DNA from: Dudresnaya verticillata
Taxonomy: Eukaryota
NCBI GenBank assembly: GCA_977862235.1
Contig: OZ374564.1
Coordinates: forward strand, 434,001 to 498,000
Direction of reading: 5' to 3'
Length of the DNA: 64,000 nucleotides
The notes under the pieces were generated by a model. The model was given only the letters and a program-made list of their open reading frames with translations. It was not told the origin of the DNA and made no database searches. This document shows positions 1-9,230 of the stretch, piece by piece; the stretch's first letter is position 1; each line of letters begins with the position of its first letter. Both the position numbers and the translations under genes were made by a program.

Positions 1-120
1 GCAAATTACGCCCACATAAGCACAAATTCGGTATCTATCAAGCTTGTTCCTCTGCTACAGTACACGCGTAAGGAAAAAGGTTTTTGCACGCGCAAGTCCC
101 CCGCGCGCACGCCATTTCCC

Positions 121-146
121 CTGCTGCTGCTGCTGCTGCTGCTGCT
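121..146. repeat. (CTG)n trinucleotide microsatellite
   Basis: About 8 perfect CTG units, seen directly. Confidence 0.9.
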
Positions 147-916
147 ACAGTTGTTGCTGCGGCGGCGGCGGTAGGGTGGCGCGCACGCGAGACGCACAAT
201 GTCGCAGAGGATGGTCGCAACGGGACCCACGTCACCACGTCCCACATGTGTGCCCGGTGGGGCGGTGCAAGGGTGCGCCGCACTCCACCTGGGGATGCGC
301 GGCGTGGAACGTGCAGCTTGGCTTGAAACTTGGTTCCGGAAGCAATGCTGCATGTGTAGATTGTAGATGCACATCGGCCGGCCGTGCACGGCGGCTGCGG
401 ACACGGTAGCATGCTCCTGTGCAGGAGAGTGTAGTCGCGTGCAAGCTTGCGTTGAGAAGCGCGTTCCGTTGGCAGATGCGCTACTGTAGCTACATAGTAG
501 CTGCCACAGCACGGCATTGCGGGCCGCGCTTTGCGCTAGCTGCAGCAAAACGCACCAACGTGACAAGAAGGCGCATCCACGCCTAGGCGCGGCGAGCTAC
601 AGACGTCAGACGGCACGACGAGGCGGGTGCACACACAATGGCATCAACCGTGGCCGTTGGCGTAGCGAGCGACTACTGACACGCGCGTATCATTATCTCA
701 GATGCGGCGCGCGCGCGGCGCGGGGGCGCGCAACCGACGCCGACCGACCGACCGACTCAGCGCGCGGACGGACACACGCAAGAAACGATCCTGACAGCCA
801 TTTGTCTGCGCGCCGCGCGCGTACCTGGTCGCGCGCGCACCGCTGTGCCGCCGCCGAAGGCCCGCGCGCGCGCGCGCGCGCGTGGCGTGACCGCTCGCGC
901 CACCTTGCGAGCTCGC

Positions 917-918
<2 letters not shown>

Positions 919-970
<52 letters not shown>

Positions 971-1044
971 GCGAGGGCGCGGGCAAGGGCAAGGGCGAGG
1001 GCAAGGGCGCGGGCGAGGGCGCGGGCAAGGGCGCGGGCAAGGGC
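919..1044. repeat. Hexamer tandem array NNGGGY, about 21 units
   Basis: GCGGGC, GCGGGT, AAGGGC and GAGGGC units in a continuous 6-nt register. Confidence 0.9.
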
Positions 1045-1840
1045 GCGCGCGCGCGCGACGGCCCAAGGTTTGGGCGGACGCAGCGTGCGCGAGCGCGAAC
1101 GCGGGCGGGTGCGACGGTGCGCGCTCGCGCAACCGTGCCGGTGGTGGCGTACGTTGGGCGGCGGCGGGGGCGCGCGGTGCGGAGCGCGGAGCGCGCCAAA
1201 CTGCGCGGCCGGCGCGGCACGGGCCGGCGCGGCACACACGCGCGCGCTGGGGCTGTGGACAGCGTATTTGGAGCGCAGCGGCCGGCGCGGCACGAAGCTT
1301 TCGCGAGCACGGTGCGCGCCGCGCAGGCTGCCGCGCGCGCGTTTGTCGCGCGCGGGCGCCGGAAACCGGGGCGCGCGGGCGCCGGAAACCGGGGCGCGCG
1401 GGCGGCTTGCGCGGGCGGCGAGCGCGGCGTTGCGCGCGCGGCGGGGCCGTTGGATGGGCGCGCGGGAGCGATTCGGAGTAACGCCGCGCGCGCGCGCGCG
1501 CCGCGGCGGCGCTGGCGGGGCATGCCGCGCGTCAACGACGCGCGTGGTGCGGCGCGCGCCCGCGTTGCGCCGCGGCCGCGGCCAATGGGCGCGGCGCGCT
1601 GACGTGGCGCGCGCGCGCGGCGCGTCGCCGCGTGGCGCCGTGGCGCGGCTGTAATGACGGTTGGCGCGCGCGCGGCGCCGCGCTGGGACGGCGCGCGGCG
1701 CGCATTTAACCGCGCGCGGTGCGGGAATGGCGGCGCGGTCCGGGCGTCCCCGCACCCCGCCCGCACCCCGCCCTCCCCCCCCGCCCGCACGCACGCACGC
1801 ACGCACGTACGCACGCTCCACTAACTGCTTGCTAACAACG

Positions 1841-2158
1841 ATGGGCTGCGTAAAGTCTACCATGGCCAAGACGGGCGACGTCGCGAAGGACGCGGCCGAG
1901 AAGACGGTCGACGTGACCAAGAATGTGGCGGAGAAGACCGTTGAGGTGACCAAGGACGTGGCCGACAAGACGGCTGACGGCGCCAAGGCGGCCGTCGACA
2001 AGGTGATGCCGCCCACCGCCGACAAGGCGATGCCGCCCACCGCTGACAAGGCGATGCCGGCCACCGTCGACAAGGCGATGCCGCCCACGGCCGACAAGGT
2101 GATGCCGCCCACGAAGGACGAGGCCGCGGCCGCTCCGGCGCCTGCCGCTGCTAACTAA
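1841..2158 (+). CDS. Small hydrophilic LEA group 3-like protein with N-terminal MGCxxS acylation motif (105 aa)
   Basis: ATG at 1841 (MGCVKST). Four 11-mer repeats (TGDVAKDAAEK/TVDVTKNVAEK/TVEVTKDVADK/TADGAKAAVDK), then 8-aa repeats DKAMPPTA. Strong GC3 codon bias and a T-rich 3' UTR. Confidence 0.8.
   Translation: MGCVKSTMAKTGDVAKDAAEKTVDVTKNVAEKTVEVTKDVADKTADGAKAAVDKVMPPTADKAMPPTADKAMPATVDKAMPPTADKVMPPTKDEAAAAPAPAAAN
1997..2113 (+). repeat. 24-bp coding tandem repeat, about 5 copies (DKAMPPTA)
   Basis: GACAAGG(C/T)GATGCCG(C/G)CCAC.. repeated at 24-nt spacing. Confidence 0.9.
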
Positions 2159-4185
2159 GTGGTCGGCTGAGACTGTGGGGTCTGCACTTGCAGTGTGTGC
2201 TGCAGCGCTTCGGCCGCGCTCACTGCTTTGCAACTCTTCCGGCACCGGCCCGCGATGACATGACCACTAGCACCACCGCCAAGAAGGGCGCTTTTCGCAT
2301 GCCTGCGCAGTGGCTTGTAAAATGAACAAGTAGGATTTTGTCTTGCCTGTGTCTCGTGTGTGTATGTGTTTGTCCGCGCACGCTATGGTGCATGCCCTTA
2401 TCCTACAGCACGCGCGAATGAGAGGCAGGGCACACGGTGGCGGCGGCGCTGTAGCAGCGCTATTATTAGGACACAACAGGCAGGTTGAAAGAGCTTTGGC
2501 GCGCGCGGCAGCGCGCGGCACTGGCGCGGGAGTCATACGGTAGACAGATATCTGTCCTAGCAGATAGGGACGGATAGTGGGAGTGACAGTGGGGGACGGC
2601 GGTGTAACAACGGGCGGAGCGCAGTTGTGCATTGCAAACTTTTTCTCTACGACTTGTACTACACTACGTGGTGCGATGATGCAATTGGTGCCGCGGCGCG
2701 GGGGCGACTCTCAAGTCAGTCGCAGTCAACTGATGAGCGCGGCGGACAGACATGCGGCGCGCGCCGCTATTGCAAAGTCTACGAGTGCGACTACTTGTCG
2801 TGCAGTGGCAGGTGGAAGCTGCCGGCTGCACTCTTTCTCTCGTCGCAGCGATTCGATGGCTTTGCCATCACCTGCGCGCGCGCGCGCGGCAGACTGCCAA
2901 TGGCAGCGCCGCGCGCCATGGCTGCTACCGTACCAGCGCAGCGCGCGGCCGCCGGCCCGAACGGGGCACGCCGCGGCCGCGGCTTGCGACGTCTCGCGCG
3001 CGCGCGCCGTCTGCGGGGGCGGCCTGCCGCGCCGCGTGAGCTTGCGCGCGCGCCTGCCAGCGAGCGAGCGACCGAGCGCGGCGCGGCGCGGCTACCGGGT
3101 ACCGGCTGCCGCGCAACGCGGCGCCCGCGCACACTGGACGGGCGCGCGCGCGGTGCGGAAGCGGACGGACGAACGACGGCGGCGCCGCCACGGTGGGGAG
3201 ACTGGCGCGCAGCGGGGGGCGCGGCGTACATACTGTGCAGTGCTTGTAGATGCGGCTTCTTGCCGCGCCCGTCTCGGTCCAGTCGCGCAAGCGCGCGCGC
3301 GGCTGCGTTTGTTTTGTGTGTGCGCTGCGCTGCGCTGCGCGCGCGCTGCGGATGTTTTCTCCGCGTGTCGCCAGCGCAGCGCGTGGCCCGCTGCTGTGCG
3401 CGCGGTGGAACGGCCGGATAGCGCGCCGCTGCGGCGCGCGGCGCCGCCAGCCGCGTGCAGACGCAAATCTCCATCTGCGCGCCGAAAAATCGCGCTTACA
3501 CCGGCGCGCGCGAATCGCCGCGCGGCGCGGCGCGCCGCGCGCTGTCAGCCGCGCGCGCGCATTGGCGCGCGCGGAGATCCGCCGGCAGCGCCGCCGCTTT
3601 GCGCCTCGCGCCGCGCGCAGATATATACAGTACTGTTTCAGGATTTTGCGCGCGCGCGAGTGGCCGCCCAACGTGGCGCGGTGGACCGTGGACCACGCAG
3701 CGCAGCGCGCGCAACGCGCGCCAAGCGCCGGAAATAGGCGCGGCGCGCGCGCGCGCGCCCCGCCCACGCGCCGCCTGTATGTTGGTGTCGAGCGCTGCCG
3801 CGCCGTTCCAGCGCGCCCGGCGCTGCATGGCCGATGCGGCAGGCACGACGCCCACCCGCGCGTCGCGCGCGCAGGCCGTCTGTCTTCCACACTGCCGCCG
3901 CCCGCTCACCGGCCTTGCAGCGCCGTAACACTCCCGCCGCCCCTGCGCTGCGCCGCACGCGCCGCGCTGCACCCACACCCATACTACTGCGCGCGCCCTG
4001 CACACACACACACACGCACACACCGCCCGTACCGAACTCGCCCCACCGCCACCCGCCCCCGCCCCCGCCCCCGCCCCTGCTAGCCCGCCCGCCCGCCCGC
4101 CGCCGTCCGCCCCGCCCGCCGCCGCCCGCCCTACCCACGCCCACGCCCACGCCCACGCCCACGCTCGCACACCCACCCAGACACC

Positions 4186-4566
4186 ATGGGCTGCATCCAA
4201 TCCACCGCGGACAAGGCCGCGCAGGCCGCCAAGGACAACGCGGGCGCCGTGGGCGACGCCGCCAAGAAGGGCGTGGATGCCACGGCCACGGCCGTGTCCG
4301 GCACGGCGGAGAAGACGGGCGCCGACAAGGCCGTGCAGCAGACCGTCACGGCGGCCAAGGCCGGCATTGACAAGGCCGTGGAAGTCGCCAAGTCGGCCGA
4401 CGACGCCACCGGCGCGTCGGCCGCGCTCGGCTCCGCCGGCCACGCCGCTGCCGGCGCCGCCGGGGGCGCCGCCGCTGCCGTCACGGACGCCGTGGGCGCT
4501 GCTGCGGACGGCGTGCAGGCCCCAGACACCGTCCATGAACCTGTCCCGCCTGCTCCCTCCACCTGA
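4186..4566 (+). CDS. Second small LEA-like Ala/Lys/Asp/Thr-rich protein with MGCxxS motif (126 aa)
   Basis: MGCIQSTADKAAQAAKDNAG...; same N-terminal motif and composition as 1841..2158, GC3-biased codons, pyrimidine-rich 3' UTR. Confidence 0.8.
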   Translation: MGCIQSTADKAAQAAKDNAGAVGDAAKKGVDATATAVSGTAEKTGADKAVQQTVTAAKAGIDKAVEVAKSADDATGASAALGSAGHAAAGAAGGAAAAVTDAVGAAADGVQAPDTVHEPVPPAPST

Positions 4567-4931
4567 GCTGTGTAACGAGAAGCTTGTATCATGCTGGATG
4601 TGCGTGCCGCCCCGGCATACCCCTTTTTTGCCTCCTCGCTTGTCTTGTTGTAGACTTTTGGTTTGTCTTTCCGACGCCACTGCAGCCCTTTTCGTTGGCT
4701 TGTGTTGTTTGTGTAGCTGAGTCGCTTGCCTGTGCTCGTGGTAAACTATCCCCACACTGTTTTTTCTTCTCGTACATCTCTCTACTTGTGTCACCAACAC
4801 AGCCCCAACCGAAATCGAAAAAAAACTTTACCTCTGCAACGGTGCACATACCATCAACACCCCGAAAAGCCCTTCCTATCCCAACCAAAACTAGTGCGCT
4901 AACTTCCCTACTCCTCATCTTGCTCTCAACC

Positions 4932-6521
4932 CTACTTACCTTCCTCACTACGGCTATCCAACACAGCCCCTCTACTCCATCCACGCCTTTCCACAACTGC
5001 AGAAACCCTGGTCCTCTTGCTCCGTCTCCTCCCACTTTCCGCCTTGCCACACTCGGGCGCAACACACTTGCCAAGCCGCCCAACCACCCACCGGTACCTG
5101 CGCGCCCCGCCCCGCCCAAACAGCTCCTTGACAGTCCCGTCTGCGTCCTCGGCCATAATGCTCTTGAACAGGTCCGGCCGCAGCCCGCGCCCCATCTCAA
5201 TCCCCTTATCCTTGGGCGTGCGGTACCGCGCCACCGTAACCGCCACCCCGGTCCCGTCGGACAGCGGCACGATCGCCTGCACCGACCCCTTCCCAAACGT
5301 CGAGTTCCCAACCACCACAGCCCGGCAGTTGTCCCGCAGAGCCGCAGCCACCAGCTCACTTGCAGACGCAGTCTCGCCGTCCACGAGGATCACCATCGGC
5401 TCCTTGGTCACATGAACCCGCGGCCGCCAGAACACCCGCCACCCGCACCGCTCCGTTGTCATCGTCCCGTCGCGCCCGACAAACCGAACCACAATCCGGT
5501 CACGGTCCAAAAACACCTTTGCCACCTCCACAGCCTTGTCCACCAGCCCGCCCGAGTTGCCGCGCATGTCCAGGATGAAAAGCGCCACCCGCCGCCCGGC
5601 CATCATCCGAACCGCCGAGCGCAGGTCGGCAGCCGTGTTTGCAGCAAATTCGCGCACCTGCAGGTACCCGACATTACCCACACCTGGCGCCTGCAGCAGC
5701 TCACCGGATACCGTCGGTACTTCAAACCGCCGCCGAGTTAGCAAAACGCTTAGTTCAACCTCGGAACCGGCCGAGGTTGTTCTCCGGAATGAGATGAGCA
5801 CCTTCTTCCCTTCCTTACCAAGCAGGCGCCGTGTAGCCTCGTCAAAACTCATACGGCGCACACTGGCCATGTCGATGGCCGTGATACGGTCACCTTCCAT
5901 AAGTCCGGCATCTGCGGCTGGCGAGTTGCGCACGACGTGCTTGATGACAACTCGCTTTGCATTGAACCAGCCGTGACGTTCAGCATGAAACACAATCCCG
6001 ACGCCGCACATCTCGCCATCGATATCGTCCTTCATGGCCTCGAGTTGCGGTGCGGATAGGAAGCGCGTGAACGGGTCATCTGCATGCGAAAAGAGCCACT
6101 GCAGCGCTCGCTGCAGGTCCTCCTCCGTCTCTAACGGGCGTGCATTGAGGCGCTTCCGAAGGCGACGCCAGTCGATTGACGCCTCATCGACGTAGCGCTC
6201 GTAGAACACATCCCAGGCCTCCTCGAGCAGGAAGCGGCGGCGCGACTCGGCCTCGGCCTGCGGTATGCTCTTTTCACGGGGACGCAGCCTGCGCGGGAGC
6301 GAAATTCCAAACGCAGGGGTCGGGTTGCAGCGGCGAGTGCCAGTGCGGGCGGCAGCAGGGACGCTGATACTGACGGCGGGCGGCGTGCTGTACGTGACGC
6401 CGGGCGCAGCCGGCGATGCAAACGTGGAGAGCGCGGCGACTGCGGCTGCGATGGCGCGAGAGGATGCGCCGGGCAGGGCTGCAGTGGGCGACAGGAAGGC
6501 CGGCGACGCGGCTATGGCCAT
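4932..6521 (-). CDS. ctpA: C-terminal processing peptidase (S41/CtpA family, PDZ domain), probably plastid-targeted (529 aa)
   Basis: DDPFTRFL, GVGI..PDZ (NSPAADAGL..GDRITAID), LDMRGNSGG, catalytic Ser in ETASASE and Lys in TFGKGSVQ. Start MAIAASPAF is transit-peptide-like, with TATAAA about 55 nt upstream. Confidence 0.9.
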   Translation of the reverse strand: MAIAASPAFLSPTAALPGASSRAIAAAVAALSTFASPAAPGVTYSTPPAVSISVPAAARTGTRRCNPTPAFGISLPRRLRPREKSIPQAEAESRRRFLLEEAWDVFYERYVDEASIDWRRLRKRLNARPLETEEDLQRALQWLFSHADDPFTRFLSAPQLEAMKDDIDGEMCGVGIVFHAERHGWFNAKRVVIKHVVRNSPAADAGLMEGDRITAIDMASVRRMSFDEATRRLLGKEGKKVLISFRRTTSAGSEVELSVLLTRRRFEVPTVSGELLQAPGVGNVGYLQVREFAANTAADLRSAVRMMAGRRVALFILDMRGNSGGLVDKAVEVAKVFLDRDRIVVRFVGRDGTMTTERCGWRVFWRPRVHVTKEPMVILVDGETASASELVAAALRDNCRAVVVGNSTFGKGSVQAIVPLSDGTGVAVTVARYRTPKDKGIEMGRGLRPDLFKSIMAEDADGTVKELFGRGGARRYRWVVGRLGKCVAPECGKAESGRRRSKRTRVSAVVERRGWSRGAVLDSRSEEGK

Positions 6522-6576
6522 CTTGTGGTGGGCATTTGCGACACGCAGCGCGAGCTGGCTGCCCGGCCGCGGCGGC

Positions 6577-6582
6577 TTTATA
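6577..6582 (-). promoter_or_regulatory. TATA box of the ctpA-family gene
   Basis: TATAAA(G) on the minus strand in a GC-rich context upstream of the ATG at 6521. Confidence 0.5.
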
Positions 6583-7071
6583 GCGACGGCGGAGAAGGAC
6601 GGGCACGGAACGGCGGTTTGGCTTCGACTAGGTCGGCGAGGCACTGGTTGCGACAGTCGGCGAAGGTGGCATTGGCAACCGGCTGCAGCGACCCGCAAAT
6701 GCATCTGGGTCGGACGCACAATAGCACAAACTTGCCCCCCCCGTGTCCCCCACTCAACAACATCAAAGCTTATCTCGCGGGATCTACTGTGTAGCCCATA
6801 CTTTTGTTGATCTCCCCGGCGTCTCTCCTTGGCCCTTGAGCAAAGAAATTACATTTCACGAGTCGTAATTGCGCCGGGTGGACTGACTTTGGCTGCCGTC
6901 GAAATTTTTCAACTGGTTTCGTTCTGGTGCGCTGTCGCGACAATGACAGCGATACACACTTTTGCTACCTTATCTTCCATAGCGGGAGCACTTTCGTTAC
7001 TCAAAAGGGGCGCCTTTCAGAACGCAAAGCGCCATCCTCACCGACATCCCCGCCAACTCCCGAACTCCGCA

Positions 7072-7467
7072 ATGGCTTCTTCATCCGTCCTCTATGCCGC
7101 AGCGAAGGAGATCGGGTCCAAATGTGAGTCAGAGAACCGCCGCTTCCTGCAATGCAAGGCGGCGGATGAGGACCCCGCAGCATGCTTGGACAAGGGTGAG
7201 GCTGTGCAAGCCTGTGCGCTAGGCGTGCTCAAGTCGGCCATGGCCACCTGCGAAGAGACCTTCCAGTCATATGCCACGTGCCTCGACGGACAGATTTCAC
7301 AGGAGTACATGTTCGAGCGCTGCCGGAAGCAGGAGGTCGCCTTCGCAGACTGCCGAGCTGCTGCTACCACCTCTTCCGCACCGGTTGTCGCTGCTGCCAC
7401 CAAGGAAGGCCCTCGCGTGCGGAAAAAGGAAAGCGCAAAGTCGATAGATACCGAGCGTTCTAGTTGA
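7072..7467 (+). CDS. NDUFA8: Mitochondrial complex I subunit NDUFA8 (PGIV; CX9C motifs), 131 aa
   Basis: SSVLYAAAKEIGSKCESENRRFLQCK..DPAACLDKGEAVQAC..C..FQSYATCL..FERCRKQEVAFADC: four CX9C motifs. Confidence 0.88.
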   Translation: MASSSVLYAAAKEIGSKCESENRRFLQCKAADEDPAACLDKGEAVQACALGVLKSAMATCEETFQSYATCLDGQISQEYMFERCRKQEVAFADCRAAATTSSAPVVAAATKEGPRVRKKESAKSIDTERSS

Positions 7468-7603
7468 GTTGACTGTGCTTGCTGTTATTCTAACTCAAGT
7501 CATGTAAAGCAACACTTACGGAAAACGCATCTTAGATCTAGTCTATTGCTCCTGATATGTGCTTCCCGTTAGAAGTTTCCTTTACTTACTAGTACCGCGT
7601 ACC

Positions 7604-8536
7604 CTAGCGACTGAATGTATGCCGCGGCGGCTCCCCGTCTCTAGGCTCCTTTGGCTTTGACCATTCCACTGAAAGGATCAGATGATCGTATCCGTACCCG
7701 TTCAGTCTCTCAATGCACCGCGCCGCATCCGAAACATTCACAAAGGCAACAAACGCAAAGCCCTTGCTCTCCCCAGTCTCGCGATCGCGGCTGAGGAAGA
7801 TCCTGCGAATCGGTCCGAACACCTTGCACAGCTCCTCGAGGTCCGCTTCCTCAGTACTCCGACTAACATTGCTGATCCGCACAGTCGCCGAGTCATCACG
7901 TGAGTACATGCTCTCGCCGACCGGCGCAACCGCGCCAGCGCCGCCACGCTTTGACGGCGGGACATATTTGTTGCCCGCAGATGACGTGCCGTCTGCGGGA
8001 CGGAGACCTGGCGCCGGTGCCTGGTTGGGGTTCTTCGCAGCAGCCTCCATTGACATCATCTGTGCCCAATTCGCCACTCCCAGTTTGCGTTCTTCCTGTC
8101 GGCGCCTAAAGCGCTCCATCTTGAGTCGGGACTGGATGTCACGTGCCGCCATCTCCGCAAAGTTCGCCTCCTCCTCCTCCTCTTCATCGCCCTCTTCCTG
8201 ATCCAACCACTCCACATTAATTTCATCGATCGACAGGTTCGAGATACCCTTCTCTAGCCCAGGTCCCTTGTCCTTGCAGTCCCCAAACTTAGCCCAGTTT
8301 TTGCGCGCCGCCACCGCCTTTGACACAGTCTTCGACACCTTCTCAACCTTGATGACTGTCGTCGTCTTCGAAAGATAACCTTCATCGCTCATGCCATAGT
8401 CAATTACGGTTTTCGTCCCGTCGCCATTCTGAGTGACCTCTTGCGCCGGGATCCCTCCGGAAAGGGGGTAGTCGACCTCGTCACCCCAGTCGCCACTCAC
8501 TCCCATTCCGCCGCTCAGCAAATCTGCAGTCGCCAT
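7604..8536 (-). CDS. EIF3G: Translation initiation factor eIF3 subunit g (310 aa)
   Basis: DWGDE N-terminus, VAARKNWAKFGD, KYVPPSKR, and a C-terminal RRM (TVRISNVS, SKGFAFV, LNGYGYDHLILSVEWSKP). Confidence 0.95.
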   Translation of the reverse strand: MATADLLSGGMGVSGDWGDEVDYPLSGGIPAQEVTQNGDGTKTVIDYGMSDEGYLSKTTTVIKVEKVSKTVSKAVAARKNWAKFGDCKDKGPGLEKGISNLSIDEINVEWLDQEEGDEEEEEEANFAEMAARDIQSRLKMERFRRRQEERKLGVANWAQMMSMEAAAKNPNQAPAPGLRPADGTSSAGNKYVPPSKRGGAGAVAPVGESMYSRDDSATVRISNVSRSTEEADLEELCKVFGPIRRIFLSRDRETGESKGFAFVAFVNVSDAARCIERLNGYGYDHLILSVEWSKPKEPRDGEPPRHTFSR

Positions 8537-9230
8537 GGATGAGAAATTTTGTTAGTTTGTAAAAAGCCGGCGGGACTCTGGGAGTTGGGTGGGAGTAGGT
8601 TGGGAGTAGGTTGGGAGTGAGGACTTAAGGATAGAAGGACCGGCGGAAATTGCGGGACGACGTCGGGCGCTTGGTCTTTCGGGGGCTGCCCGGCGGAATC
8701 CATTCGTCGTTGTCTTTGCTGTATTTGCGCTGTGCAGCGTCGTTTTGCCAATATTGCAAATTGATTTCAAATTGGAAATACGCAAATGTAATTTGTCGCA
8801 GAATTGAATGCTGCAAAGCCAACACTCTTTTGCTTACCGACCAGAACGCATACCTTCTTCTCCTTGCCACTCCTTCAATACCCTTGGCTTTGGCTAAAGC
8901 CACTTAAAACTGTCTGAACTTCAAGCTTGGCCTATGCACCGCTCATGAGTGGCGAAGTGGAACACCACTATAAAGAAACATATGATCCCGCCCCTGAGCT
9001 CCGAAATGCATTCCAAACAGGCAAGTATTGAAGTAAGCTGAAGCACCCTCATTGCGGACAGCGCAAGAGCATTCTAGCTTCCCATTCGCTGTCCGATTCA
9101 AAGACGCATTGGGCAGATGGAAGAGCAATCCGCCATCGGCAGTGATACAGCACAAAGGGGAAAAACTTTGCAGCTCAAACGACCATTACAATCTTCTTTA
9201 CAAGAAATAGACACGCAAAGCAAAAAACTA

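Noticed and set aside
517..1814. Long Arg/Ala-rich ORFs on both strands (517..1602, 693..1814, 757..2112, 845..1654)
   Set aside because: Stop codons are rare at this GC level, all frames are open at once, and the products are translations of (GC)n and hexamer repeats with no codon bias or domain
2577..4800. ORFs 2577..3737, 2925..3890, 3250..4083, 3496..4800
   Set aside because: Same GC-island artefact, or antisense shadow of the 4186..4566 gene
4584..5741. 385-aa plus-strand ORF
   Set aside because: Antisense shadow of the ctpA-family gene
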